A stretch of 64,000 nt of DNA from an uncultured bacterium (GTDB lineage: Bacteria > CSSED10-310 > CAZUFC01). Positions 9,899 to 21,300 of this stretch are shown here, one piece after another (the stretch's first letter is position 1; every line of letters starts with the position of its first letter). A model generated the notes under the pieces. It saw only the letters and a program-made list of their open reading frames with translations. It was not told the origin of the DNA and ran no database searches. The position numbers and the translations under genes were made by a program. Where the stretch lies: positions 9,729 through 73,728 of the forward strand of contig CAZUFC010000026.1 of assembly GCA_964619725.1 (NCBI GenBank), read 5' to 3'.

Positions 9899-12337
9899 AT
9901 GGTGCGCAGAAAAGAACTCCTTGTTTTTGTGTTGTTGATTGCGATTTTACTATCAGGATGTGCAGTGTTGAGAAAGACATCCGAACCGGAGATGCCGGAT
10001 CAAACCGGGAGTGAGATGGAAACGACTCCAGAAACGGAGCAGGAAACGGGAGAGCTGGGGGCTGAAGCAGAGGCTGAAGCAGTTGGCGAAGAAGCGGCGG
10101 AAGAAGGGGCCGCGGCCGAAGAAACTGAATTTGAAACGATTGGTACGGAAGGTGAGGCGGCGGCAGCAGATGAGGAGTTGGGAGAGGAACCGGATCAGCA
10201 GACTTTGGATGAAAAAACCGCCAGAGAATTGGAAGAGCTTTTTCGTGAATTGACGAAAGAGGACGAGATGATGGAGGAAGCGGAAGAAGAGGGTGAGGAA
10301 GCTGAAGAAATGGCCGGAGAAGATGCTGCGTCGGATGAGGACGCGGATGAGACGCCGGCTGCGGCTGGTGTCGCTGCCGGGACGGAAACCGTTGCTGCTG
10401 CTGACGCTGAGGCTGAAGAGGAGGAAGACAAGGGTATCATCATCAATTTTGAGAATGCCACGGTTCTTGAGGTATTAAAGGCAATCTCCGACATTATCGG
10501 AATAGATTATATTCTGGCGCCGGGAGTCGCAGGCGGTGAGGTGACGATCAAGTCCGCCAAGCCGATCAAGAAGGTAGACCTGTTTTATGTATTGCAATCC
10601 ATTCTGGAGTTGAACAACCTGGTCGCCATAGATGTTGGACCGTATTATAAAATCGTTCCTTCGCCCGAAGGCAAGCATCGCCCCATAAGGACGCAAATAG
10701 GAAAAATAGCCTCCAAAATAACGCCGACAGATGAAATGATCACGCAGATTATACCCCTGGACTATATAACGCCTGATGAGATCATCAACACTCTGCGCCC
10801 TTTAATAGCTGACGATGCGGTGTTGATTTCGCATCCGGGAACCAATCTGTTGATTATGACGGGATTGGCATCCAATATACAGAGAATTTTGAAGCTTGTT
10901 CAAATGCTCGATGTCGAAACCGCAGTTCTGGAACTGGAGATTTTCCAGATACAATATGCTGACGTCAATGATATCGTCACTATCCTGGAAAGGATATTCG
11001 AAAGCCAGAGAACAGGTACGGCATCGCTGGCGCGGGCGCCCAGAGGACGGGCTACGAGGAGGCGAACGACAGGCGGCGTGACGCGTGGCGGAGAAAAGGA
11101 TGTGCTGCTTATTCCCGACCTCAGGTCCAATTCCATCATCGTTTTCGCTCAGAAAAAAGACCTGGAATTCATAAGAGAAATCATCACAATGCTGGATGTC
11201 GACATATACGTCAGTCAGAAAACTTACATCTATTACATGGAGAACGCCAGGGCGACCGATATGGCGCAGTTGCTGGGTTCAGTCTTCAGCGGGACGGGCA
11301 GGGAACAGCGGACAGCGCCCCGGCCCAGAACGAGAACCTCTCGTACGCGTCAACCCGGTGGGACCGCATCCCTGGGCGCAATCGGCGAAGGCGCAGTGGA
11401 AGGTGAAGTGAACATCATTGCCGATGAAAGGACGAACGCACTGGTTATCGTCACTTCACCCGTGAATTATCCCAACATTTTAACAATAATAAAAGCGCTG
11501 GACATTATGCCGAAACAGGTGCTTATCGAAGTGCTGATCGTCGACGTCAAGCTTGAAGACAATACTCAGTTCGGCGTAGAATGGTTGCTGAAAAGCCAGG
11601 GACATCTTGATGTCGGCGGCGATACCTACTACTACGATGGAACGGCTCAGCAGAACCTGGGTATCGGCGACAATACGTTAGGTTTTACTTACAATGTGTT
11701 TGAAGCTTCACGATTTAAAAGCTTTTTAAGGGCTTACGCCAGGGATTCCAAGCTGGAAGTGCTTTCCAATCCCCATATCCTGGTCGCCAACAACATGGAA
11801 GCCGCCATTGATGTGGGTAATGAAGTGCCAATCGTTACCGCTGAGCAAACCTACGATACCGATTATACTGCCGACCAGCCCAGGAGAACGTTTAACCGCA
11901 CCATCCAATACAGAACGACAGGTATTCTTCTGCAGGTTGTCCCTCATATTAACGAAGAACGATACGTCAGCCTGGAACTCAGCCAGGAAGTCAGCAACAT
12001 ATCGAATATAACCGTGGCAGGCATTGATTCGCCGGTTATCGATAAAAGGACGGCCAACACTTCGGTCGTAGTCAAGGACGGTCAGACGCTGGTGATCGGC
12101 GGAATGATGGAAAGAAAGGTCAATCCTTCACGAGAAGGCATACCCTTCTTATCAAGAATCCCCATATTGGGCTCTATATTCGGAACGAGAAGCAAGACTG
12201 AAAGCACTTCAGAACTGCTGATCTTTCTGACGCCTCACGTCGTCGCATCGCCCGAAGAAGCGCGACTGCTTTCAGAGGAACTTCAGGATAAAACAAAGTC
12301 TAAATTGTTCGATGTGAGTCCCTTGTCGTATTATTAA
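9899..12337 (+). CDS. gspD: Type II secretion secretin GspD (lipoprotein)
   Basis: Lipobox LLSGC, N-domains (INFENA, D.RSNSIIV, ADERTNALVI), secretin core PKQVLIEV..., GQTLVIGG, IPFLSRIPILG.IF, ELLIFLTPHVV. Confidence 0.95.
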   Translation: MVRRKELLVFVLLIAILLSGCAVLRKTSEPEMPDQTGSEMETTPETEQETGELGAEAEAEAVGEEAAEEGAAAEETEFETIGTEGEAAAADEELGEEPDQQTLDEKTARELEELFRELTKEDEMMEEAEEEGEEAEEMAGEDAASDEDADETPAAAGVAAGTETVAAADAEAEEEEDKGIIINFENATVLEVLKAISDIIGIDYILAPGVAGGEVTIKSAKPIKKVDLFYVLQSILELNNLVAIDVGPYYKIVPSPEGKHRPIRTQIGKIASKITPTDEMITQIIPLDYITPDEIINTLRPLIADDAVLISHPGTNLLIMTGLASNIQRILKLVQMLDVETAVLELEIFQIQYADVNDIVTILERIFESQRTGTASLARAPRGRATRRRTTGGVTRGGEKDVLLIPDLRSNSIIVFAQKKDLEFIREIITMLDVDIYVSQKTYIYYMENARATDMAQLLGSVFSGTGREQRTAPRPRTRTSRTRQPGGTASLGAIGEGAVEGEVNIIADERTNALVIVTSPVNYPNILTIIKALDIMPKQVLIEVLIVDVKLEDNTQFGVEWLLKSQGHLDVGGDTYYYDGTAQQNLGIGDNTLGFTYNVFEASRFKSFLRAYARDSKLEVLSNPHILVANNMEAAIDVGNEVPIVTAEQTYDTDYTADQPRRTFNRTIQYRTTGILLQVVPHINEERYVSLELSQEVSNISNITVAGIDSPVIDKRTANTSVVVKDGQTLVIGGMMERKVNPSREGIPFLSRIPILGSIFGTRSKTESTSELLIFLTPHVVASPEEARLLSEELQDKTKSKLFDVSPLSYY

Positions 12338-12355
12338 TAATAAGGGGTACGAATT

Positions 12356-13480
12356 ATGAGAGTTTACATATACGCGATATTGAGCATTACAGCGGCTGCG
12401 CTTATGTGCTATGTCATCGGAGGGTGCGACAAACCTGATCCGACCGGACCGGCCTCCCAGGCTCGATTAATCCTGGTGCCGGGCGCGGATACGCTTCCGG
12501 CCGACGGCGCTTCCACGACAACGGTTTTCGCCCATGTAAGAAATCCGGACGGAACAGCGGCCGACGGAGCGCCCATTTTCTTCACTGCTTCATGCGGCAC
12601 TATTCGTTCAGAAGGAACTGCCGTATCAGGAGGAATGGCCACGGTTACCATCGAAGCCCCCAGTTACCCATGCACAGCGCTCATTGAAGCGGACTTGCCG
12701 ACAATGCAGTTGCACAACTCCACGACAGTTGAATTCAAGCCGATAGATTCGGCCACTTTGTCCCTGACGGCTTCTCCCAAAAGCATACCTGCTGATGGAG
12801 AAGCGCATTCGGTGCTGACTGCCAGAGTTTTCGACGAAGAAGGCAAGCCGGTCATTGACGGGACTATAGTGCATTTTACGACTAACCTGGGAACCATTGA
12901 CGACGTTGATGTGGAAACCAGCCTGGGTGAAGCCGTGACCAATCTGAACAGCGGTTATATATCGGGAATTGCAACCGTCAACGCTGCAGCCGATACAGTT
13001 TCCAATACTACCACAGTCGATTTTTATTCCACGGAAGTCGGATCGATCGAATTAAGAGCGCATCCCGATGAAATACCGACGGGAGGAAAAAGCATCATCA
13101 CCGCCACCGTTTACGATCGTAACAGACGAAAAGTTCCCGACGGCACCGTCGTCTATTTCGTTACTACGCACGGCTCGGTCGACGGCTCCAAAACTACAGA
13201 CCTGGGTATTGCAACAACGTCGCTCACAGGCGTGTATAATTCCGCAGACGTTTTCATCACGGCTGTCAGCGGTCAACAAAGCGCTTCCGTTATGGTCAAG
13301 GTCAGAGGCGATACTCTGCCCACGCCGTCAGAATCGGCTACGCCCACTCCTTCACCCTCTTCCACGCCGACAGGCACCATTACGCCTGAACCGTCCGGAA
13401 CTCCTACCCCTTCCCCCACCGATACCCCGGAAGCCACGATTACGCCTACGCCCACTCCTTCAGCCACACCGACGTTTTAA
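12356..13480 (+). CDS. Lipoprotein with invasin/Big_1-like Ig domains and a Pro/Thr tail
   Basis: Lipobox IGGC, repeated 'A.P.SIPADG...S.LTA.V.D..G.PV.DGT.V.FTT..G' modules, PT-rich C-terminus. Confidence 0.8.
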   Translation: MRVYIYAILSITAAALMCYVIGGCDKPDPTGPASQARLILVPGADTLPADGASTTTVFAHVRNPDGTAADGAPIFFTASCGTIRSEGTAVSGGMATVTIEAPSYPCTALIEADLPTMQLHNSTTVEFKPIDSATLSLTASPKSIPADGEAHSVLTARVFDEEGKPVIDGTIVHFTTNLGTIDDVDVETSLGEAVTNLNSGYISGIATVNAAADTVSNTTTVDFYSTEVGSIELRAHPDEIPTGGKSIITATVYDRNRRKVPDGTVVYFVTTHGSVDGSKTTDLGIATTSLTGVYNSADVFITAVSGQQSASVMVKVRGDTLPTPSESATPTPSPSSTPTGTITPEPSGTPTPSPTDTPEATITPTPTPSATPTF

Positions 13481-13600
13481 TATGATGGCGTATCCAGAAA
13501 TATATCGATCAATACTCAGCGTCCTTACATCTCTGCATGATCGATATGATTATCAATATCTCAAAGAAAATCAGCCACTTTTCACTCAGAAGGTGACGGC

Positions 13601-14839
13601 ATGAAATTATTTAAAACTCTTTCGACTTTCCTGGTCATTTTCGGAACAGCCATTCTGATAATCAACGGTTGCGATAAACCGGACCCCACAGGTCCTGCTT
13701 CAACCGCCAGACTCATACTGGTTCCCGAAAACTACGAAGCGCCTGCCGACGGCATGACCACGACGAACGTAGTAGCATACGTCAGGAATCCCGATGGAAC
13801 GGCCGCAGACGGCGCTCCCATCTTTTTCTCCGCCTCCTGCGGATTGATCAGGGAAGGAGAGGCCGCAGTCGCAGGCGGAACCGCAACGATGACCATAGAA
13901 TCTTCCACTTATCCCTGCACATCAGCCATTACCGCCAGTCTGCCCACAATGTCCCTGGAAAATACCACCCATATTGAATTCACTTCCATTACATCGGAAA
14001 CGTTAATATTACATGCGTCGCCGACCAGCATTCTGGCTGACGGCGTGGCACAGTCAACCATCACGGCCAAAGTTTACGGCGAAGACGGCAACCCGGTCAT
14101 TGACGGCACAACAGTTTATTTCAGTACCGATATGGGAACGCTGAGCGCTGAGTCCGCCGAAACCTCTCTAGGTAAAGCGCACGTTATGCTGACAAGCAGT
14201 GAAATTCCCGGCACCGCCACGGTTACTGCCGTTTCGGGCGTCGTCTCCGATTCCGTACAGGTCCGATTTTCTTCCACAGACGTAAAATACATAGAACTGA
14301 CCGCCAGTCCCTATACGATTGGAACAGGTCAGCAAAGCATAGTAACCGCTACAGTCTACGATCAGAACAACAGGAAAAAAGCAGGCGTCACCGTATACTT
14401 CACGACAAACCTGGGCAGCATAGACTCATCAGCCACCACCGATCAATACGGTACAGCCACTGTGAAATTTTCCTCCTCAACCGCAGGATCAGCCCTCATC
14501 ACAGCCGTTGCCGGAGACGTCAGCGCCTATATCGTCATTGAAGTTGAAGGAGGCACAATACCCAGTCCCACTCCAGGCGACGGACCAATAGAAATAACGC
14601 CGGGAGCCGCTATCCTTACGGTAGGAGAATCAGAAACTTTTCAGGCCACAGGAGGTTCAGGCTCATACTACTGGTACCTCGACGACGCAGGAGCCGCAAG
14701 AAGCATAGGAACCCTCTCAGCAGACTACGGAAAAAGCACCATCTTCACCGCAGAAAACGAAGGCGAAGGCGACCTCTACGCCGTAGACACAAACAATTAC
14801 GATAACTATGGGTCAGCTTTCATCAGCGTAACAGAATAA
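13601..14839 (+). CDS. Paralogous lipoprotein with invasin/Big_1-like Ig domains
   Basis: Lipobox INGC, the same CDKPDPTGPAS start and Big_1-like repeats as the upstream gene. Confidence 0.8.
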   Translation: MKLFKTLSTFLVIFGTAILIINGCDKPDPTGPASTARLILVPENYEAPADGMTTTNVVAYVRNPDGTAADGAPIFFSASCGLIREGEAAVAGGTATMTIESSTYPCTSAITASLPTMSLENTTHIEFTSITSETLILHASPTSILADGVAQSTITAKVYGEDGNPVIDGTTVYFSTDMGTLSAESAETSLGKAHVMLTSSEIPGTATVTAVSGVVSDSVQVRFSSTDVKYIELTASPYTIGTGQQSIVTATVYDQNNRKKAGVTVYFTTNLGSIDSSATTDQYGTATVKFSSSTAGSALITAVAGDVSAYIVIEVEGGTIPSPTPGDGPIEITPGAAILTVGESETFQATGGSGSYYWYLDDAGAARSIGTLSADYGKSTIFTAENEGEGDLYAVDTNNYDNYGSAFISVTE

Positions 14840-14903
14840 ATAGCATAATCTACAAAAAATCCGGAATCAAACCTCCAGTGTGAATGCCCCTACGATTCCT
14901 ATC

Positions 14904-14990
14904 GTCCTTTAAGTCCCTTAAGTCCCTTAAGTCCCTTAGGTCCCTTAGGTCCCTTCGTCCCTTTGTCCCTTCCTCCCTTAAGTCCTTTAA
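14904..14990. repeat. Tandem 8-9 bp GTCCCTT(AA/AG/T) repeat
   Basis: gtcccttaagtcccttaagtcccttaggtcccttaggtcccttcgtccctttgtcccttc read directly. Confidence 0.9.
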
Positions 14991-15028
14991 TTCCATTAAA
15001 TCGAAAAACAAGACCAAACAAAAAAACA

Positions 15029-15212
15029 GGGACTGATCAAACCGGGGTTACACTTTTTACAAAACCTTCGACAGTTAGTTTCAGTAATCGGAGTCGGTAT
15101 CGGGTTCGTAATCGCAATCGCAACCCAAATCGAAATCAAAATCGAAATCGAAACAAAATGATAGAATATTCCGAAAAATGTAACCTCAAAAGATGCATTT
15201 TTGATCCATGCC
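15029..15212 (+). repeat. MITE-like dispersed repeat, family A
   Basis: Begins GGGACTGATCAAA, has internal ATCGNN hexamers, ends TTTGATCCATGCC. Confidence 0.85.
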
Positions 15213-15305
15213 GAAAAAACAATAAGGGGATGCCCGAAAACAAAATTCAACCGCCATTTTACAATTTCAATGAATTTTAGTACCCTGTAGTAACGTGGAC
15301 AGTTT

Positions 15306-17156
15306 ATGAACCTCGAACAGGGGAGGAACTCAATGAAAGGGCTAAAGATTTTATTTTTGTTAATGATTCTGTCGACATGCGTTGGAGAAGGCGTTTTTTC
15401 CGCAGTAATCGAAATCCCGGCAGATTACCCGACCATCCAGGAAGGCGTTGACGCGGCCGGCAACGGCGATACGATTTTGATCGCCAACGGAACTTACCTG
15501 GGCGCCGGCAACAGGAATATTGAACTGCAGGGCAAATCCATAACGGTCATGTCTGCCGGCAGCGCCCTGTTGTGCATGATCGATTGCGAGAAAACAACGG
15601 TGGGTTTCAACATTCATCAGGGTGAAGATCAAAATACGGTCCTGGAAGGTATAACCGTTAAAAACGGATTAGGCTTGAACGGCGGAGGCATTATATGCGA
15701 CGGGGCATCCCCGACGATAAGAAATTGCTCTATTACAAGAAATACCGCATTGATCCAGGACCAGGGCAGAGGCGGCGGTATTTATATAAATAACGCTTCT
15801 CCGCAGATTATGAATTGTCTGATCAGAAGGAACATATCGAATGAAGGCGGCGGCCTTTACATGCAGAATTCCGCGGCAGTAATAGAAAACAGCACGATAT
15901 TAGGCAATACGAGCGGACTGTCGGGCGGAGGCATTAAGATGATTCAATCTGTTCCCATGTTTGACGGATGCATCATTTCCGGTAATTCTTCCTCGTCAGG
16001 CGGCGGAGCATACATCACGCAGGGAAGCGATCCGTTATTCTCGACATGCGTTTTTTCCGGCAATAGCGTACCGCAGAGTTTCCCGGTATATTACGGAGGA
16101 GGAGTTCATTGTTATGAGGCTTCGGCCATGGTTTTGAACACTCTGTTCCGGGACAACGGCGCGTATTACGGCGGCGGCATAGCCTGGGAATCATCAACTG
16201 ACGTTTCAGTTATCAACTGCATTTTTACGGGTAATCAGGCATTCAGCGGGGCGGCATTATATTGCGAAGAAACCGGCCTGCAATTGCTGAACGTGACGGT
16301 AGCGAGCAACCTGGCGACAGACGCCGGAGGAGGAATAGATGCCCTGGGGACCTGCAATGCGAATATCGTCAACAGCATTTTCTGGAACAACATGCCGGAA
16401 TCGATAGGCGGCGAAGGTTCGCCGGCGGTAACTTATTCCGACATACAGGGAGGCTGGCCGGGCGAAGGCAACATAGACGCCTGGCCTGAATTCGTCAACG
16501 GACCGGTAGGCGGTTACTACCTGAGCCAGATAGCCGCAGGACAATTACTGGACAGTCCCTGCGTGAATGCCGGCAACGACGCGGCAGCGAATATACTCCT
16601 GCCTTTCCCGGAAGGCGACGTCCCGTTAAGCGAACTGACCACAAGAACAGACGAAGTCCCTGACGCAGGGCAGGCGGATATGGGTTTTCACCTCATCCCG
16701 TCGACCCCGACCAATATACCGACGAATTCCCCAACGCCCACCAGGTCTCCCACGGCAACGCCGACCCAGGCTGCAAGTTACACGCCGACGGCTGAACCCA
16801 CGATAACCATGGGCGTAAACTTAACCTTATCCGAGGAAATATTCTATCCCAACGACCAGTTTATCCTGAATGCGATAATATCCAATCCGGGCCCTGAAAC
16901 ATACACCCAAATACCCTTCGCCGTATTACTGGACGCCTACGGACTCTATTTCTGGTATCCCGCCTGGACTAGCGAATTCAACTACGAAAATATATACTTG
17001 GGCATACAGTCCTTCACCAAAGAAATTCTAAACTTCCAATGGCCCAACGAACAAAGTACAGGCTCAGGACTGATCTTCTACGGAGCCCTCCTCACCGAAA
17101 ACTTCACCGGCATTATAGGTGAACTGGGAACCGTTCAGTTCGGCTGGGCCTATTAA
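15306..17156 (+). CDS. Secreted right-handed beta-helix repeat protein with PT linker and globular C-terminal domain
   Basis: Signal peptide, IPADYPTIQ...GDTI.IA.GTY, repeated GGGI motifs, YYLSQI.AGQ..DSPCV, PT linker. Confidence 0.8.
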   Translation: MNLEQGRNSMKGLKILFLLMILSTCVGEGVFSAVIEIPADYPTIQEGVDAAGNGDTILIANGTYLGAGNRNIELQGKSITVMSAGSALLCMIDCEKTTVGFNIHQGEDQNTVLEGITVKNGLGLNGGGIICDGASPTIRNCSITRNTALIQDQGRGGGIYINNASPQIMNCLIRRNISNEGGGLYMQNSAAVIENSTILGNTSGLSGGGIKMIQSVPMFDGCIISGNSSSSGGGAYITQGSDPLFSTCVFSGNSVPQSFPVYYGGGVHCYEASAMVLNTLFRDNGAYYGGGIAWESSTDVSVINCIFTGNQAFSGAALYCEETGLQLLNVTVASNLATDAGGGIDALGTCNANIVNSIFWNNMPESIGGEGSPAVTYSDIQGGWPGEGNIDAWPEFVNGPVGGYYLSQIAAGQLLDSPCVNAGNDAAANILLPFPEGDVPLSELTTRTDEVPDAGQADMGFHLIPSTPTNIPTNSPTPTRSPTATPTQAASYTPTAEPTITMGVNLTLSEEIFYPNDQFILNAIISNPGPETYTQIPFAVLLDAYGLYFWYPAWTSEFNYENIYLGIQSFTKEILNFQWPNEQSTGSGLIFYGALLTENFTGIIGELGTVQFGWAY

Positions 17157-17484
17157 TTTTCGCAAGCAAAAATTAATCGGTCCGCTTCGCGGACGCTCAT
17201 AAATAAAACTGTTCTAACGAAAATAAATGAACTGATCAAACTCAGATTAAGGGACTGATCAAAACAGGATAAAAGTTTTTGCCGGCAAAAAAATTTACTG
17301 AGTGAAATCCCCCCTATAGGGTCCGTTGATTTAATCGAAAATGAAAGCGCTTCAAAATCATTAGGCATCATCTCTCATAATATTTTCTTATTCCCATGGT
17401 TCGAATCGAATTTCGATTAAATCAAAGCTCGTCTAACGGATACAGCGGGGGCTTTATAAAGTCAAAGTTTTTTCTGACCTTTCA

Positions 17485-17693
17485 GCTTGTTTTTGTCCAT
17501 AAACGGCGAATTTTACCTAATACTGCGTCAGGCTACGGATTGGGTCAGTCAACGTACAAGCAATCCCCCTACTTCGCAAATCCCTGCCTTCCTTGCCTTA
17601 AGAAAAATTCGCCCGTTCATGGATCAAAAACCCAAGTGGCTGTCCAGCATTAAATTTTGAATCAAGATTTGAGTTCGTGGGCAGACACTAGCT
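17485..17693 (+). repeat. 209-bp palindromic repeat, family B, copy 1
   Basis: Reverse-complement similarity to 30514-30722, with an internal inverted repeat. Confidence 0.8.
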
Positions 17694-17878
17694 TAATAAC
17701 TCCTTGTATTTGATGTATAAAATGAAAATTATCAAAGCGATGGAAAAAACAAGCCAGGAAGAATGAATAGAAATAAGACCCAGGAACTTCCGTCAGGATG
17801 AATGCCGACCGGATAATAAAGTAGACCTCATTCCCAAAAAAAGGCTGATAAAAAAATTGAGTCGTTCAATATCCAGAA

Positions 17879-17938
17879 AGTCCCTTCCGTCCCTTAGGTC
17901 CCTTTGTCCCTTTGTCCCTTTGTCCCTTTGTCCCTTCG
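17879..17938. repeat. Tandem GTCCCTTT repeat
   Basis: gtccctttgtccctttgtccctttgtccctttgtcccttc. Confidence 0.9.
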
Positions 17939-18084
17939 TTTCTATGACCTTTCCAAGGCCGAAAAACCAGGAACAAAAAATTTTTAAAAAAAGAAACAAA
18001 TTCAATAACTTAAAACAAACATGCTCAACAAAATACCATAATAATTCAATTCATTGCTTCAATTTGAAAAAACACAAAAAGTTA

Positions 18085-18238
18085 GGGACTGATCGAACCA
18101 GGGTTAACTTTTTTCAAAACTTTTGACAGGTTGTTACAGTAATAGGGGTCGGTATCGAAATCCAAATCGAAATCCAAACAAAATGAATGGATATTCGGAA
18201 GAATCACAACCTAAAAAGACGCATTTTTGATCAATGCC
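18085..18238 (+). repeat. MITE-like repeat, family A
   Basis: GGGACTGATCGAA ... AAAAGACGCATTTTTGATCAATGCC. Confidence 0.85.
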
Positions 18239-18307
18239 GAAAATTCCACTTTTAAAGTTCATCCTGGTAAATAAACAAACCCAATCCAAAGACCGATCAA
18301 AAAAACA

Positions 18308-18336
18308 TTGACGCAATCCAAGCACAACCGTATCAT
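18308..18336 (+). promoter_or_regulatory. Putative sigma70 promoter of DGR target 1
   Basis: TTGACG-N17-TATCAT. Confidence 0.55.
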
Positions 18337-18372
18337 AAAAATCAACAAACCAACCGCTGGAAAGGAAAAAAA

Positions 18373-21300
18373 GTGACTTCATTTTCCAGGATAAACGATA
18401 ACGAATCGCCCAAACGTATGCTGAACATATTCATATCATCCACGGCAGAAGACCTGGAGACTCACAGAACCAGGCTGATCAACGCAGTCCAGCGTTCCGG
18501 TCACCATCCCTCGTATATGGAAACATTCGGCGCAAGACCCGATCAGCCGGTAGAAGGATGCCGGAAATTAATAAAAAAGTCTGACGCCGTAATAGTCATC
18601 GTCGCCTATCGTTACGGTTACGTGCCGGACAGAGACGAAGGCGGCGACGACAAACATTCCATGACCTGGCTGGAGGTCAAAGCGGCTGAGGAATTCAACA
18701 AGCCGGTATTCGCTTTTCTGGTCGATGAAAAAGCGCCCTGGACGAAAATGCGGGAAGAAAATTTGTTGAATGAGGTCCTGGAAGATGTTGAAGCATCACA
18801 ACGAATTCTGAGTAACATGCGATCACTAAGGGAATTCAAAAAATATTTAGAAAAAAAATGCATGCGCGATAAATTCCGATCAGAAGACGACTTGGCCGAA
18901 AAAGCGATTTCAAGCCTGTCCCGATGGATTAATGAAGAATTCGGACTTCGGACGAGCATCCCCGCAAGCGACGCCGTATCCGAAACGGAAATCCTGGAAG
19001 GTTATCTGAACAAACTCCTCCCGGAAACAAGATGGATCGATATAAGAGGCATAAGCGCGGAGCGGGGATCATCAAAGGACATGTGGCGTTTCCCCATTGA
19101 GGAACTTTTCACGCCGTTGAAAACCACAGGCTTCGCTAATAAAGCCGGCGGGTTCAAACCCGACATGGAAAAACGCCGACCGGATGATATGCCGCTGAAA
19201 ACGGAGGAACAGGACCAGCGACCGGAACTGTCGGATTTTCTGAAAGATAACCGCAAGCTGCTCCTGATAGGCGCGCCGGGAGGCGGAAAAACCACCTTCC
19301 TGCGCCTTATATCATGTGTGCTCGCAAAGGACCTCCTGGGAGAAAAGCATGGTTTCACTCAACCGGGCCGCTCGGTTCACCTGGGATTACACCTGACCGA
19401 TGAACCGCCGGTCCCGGTCTTCATCAGGCTGGCTCTACTGGCATCTTACATGAATAAGGATGATGACGTCCCCTGCAACGATCACATATCCCGTATACTG
19501 AATCTTTTTCAAAAACTGTACGGCGAGCAAACCAGGGATATACTCGAAAAACGCCTGAACGAAGGGCGTTGCGCCCTTTTGCTAGATGGACTCGACGAAG
19601 TGGCCGACACCGACATGCGATGCCGAATCACAAATCTGGTGGATGAAATACTGCAGAAATGGGGAGAGAACCTGGTGATAGTCACTTCCAGACCGCACGG
19701 TTACAAGGAGGTCGAAGGATTAAAAGGCGTCGTAAAACTTGAAATAGACGAGTTTAACGAAAAGGACACGGCCGAATTCCTGAATAAGTGGGTCAACGTC
19801 ATCTACTCTGAGCAGGATATGGAATCGCGGAACAGTTACCATCAGGAGCTGGAAGCGGCCATAGGATCATCCCGCAACATAAGAAGAATGGCCCGGAACC
19901 CCGTCATGCTGACCTGCCTGTGCGTGGTTCACTGGAACGAACGAAAGTTGCCGGAGGGCAAGGCTGACCTGATGAGCGCGGTATTACGATGGCTGGTGGA
20001 CGTCAGGAAAGAACAGAGGAAAAACGAAGGTTACACCAACACCTTTGCCGAAGAATGTTTCAAGTCGCTGGCCCTGGGCATGACGAATCATCCCGGAGGC
20101 AAAAAAAGCGTGGTCGACATAGCCTGGGCAGCCGAACAATTAGCCAAACCCTTCCATACCGAACAGGGAATTGACGACCTGGAAACCGTCCGAAGAAAAG
20201 GAAGTCATATCCTGGAATCAGAAATGATCTTCAGCGGCATTATAGAACGGGTCGGCCTGGGACAGTTAAGATTCTGGCACCTGACTTTTCAGGAACATTA
20301 CGCAGCCAGGCGCATTTCTGAACTGAGCGACCTGGACGATGAAACAGGATGGTGGCCTCTGATTAAACCTCATATTTACGACCAGCAATGGTTCGAACTC
20401 CTGGACCATTTCGCGGGTTGCCTCTCCAGAAAAGGAAGGGAAAAACTCAACCTGCTCGTTGAAAGGTTTCTGAACGATTGCGATGACTCAGACCTGGCTT
20501 CAGTGGCTAAAACAGTCGGCATCCTGGGACGCCTGTTGCGAGTGCTCGAAGAATACGAATATACTCCGCCGCCGCAACTAGGCTGGGAAAAAGCACGCGA
20601 ACGGGTCATGGAAATATTTAAAGTGGAAGGCGCAAAAAAAGTGAAAATCAAGCAAAGAATCACCGCAGCAGAAGCCCTGGGACAAAGCGGAGACCCCAGG
20701 TTAGAATTGCGTGAAAGGAAAAAGAATTTTAGACCGATTCCAGGACTCGAAAAGATAAAATTGGGAATATATCCCGTCACCGTGGAAGAATACAAAGCCT
20801 TTGTCGAGGATGACGGTTACCGGAAACAGGATTTCTGGGGCGAATACTGGAGGATTCGTGAAAAAAATGAATGGAATGCGCCCGATAATTGGGAGCGACA
20901 GTTGGACAAACCGAACCGTCCCGTCGTCTATGTGTCATGGTACGAAGCCAAAGCATACTGCCGCTGGCGATCCAAAACAGAACGCAGGGAGTATCGCCTG
21001 CCTGCGGAAAAAGAGTGGGAAGCGGCTGCCGTTAATCCTGACGGACCCTATCCATGGGGTAAAGAAGAACCGAATAATGAATTGGCGAATTATTATTTTG
21101 CGGGACCGAGAGAAACGACGCCTGTCGGTGTTTACCCGGCGGGCGCCACGCCTGAAGGTCACCTGGATATGGCGGGGAATGTCTGGGAATGGTGCGAAGA
21201 TGACGTTACAAAAGAATACAAGGGCGATCGCCCTCTGCGGGCGCTGCGGGGCGGCTGCTTTTGGCTCGATGCTGTTTGCCTTCGCTCGACGGACCGTGAC

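Noticed and set aside
14904-15212. Possible CRISPR array
   Set aside because: The units are 6-9 bp with no unique spacers, and there are no cas genes in the window.
14963-15280. ORFs with RNRNRN or IGIGIG runs (also 17857-18126 and 59646-60074)
   Set aside because: They are translations of non-coding tandem and family A repeats.
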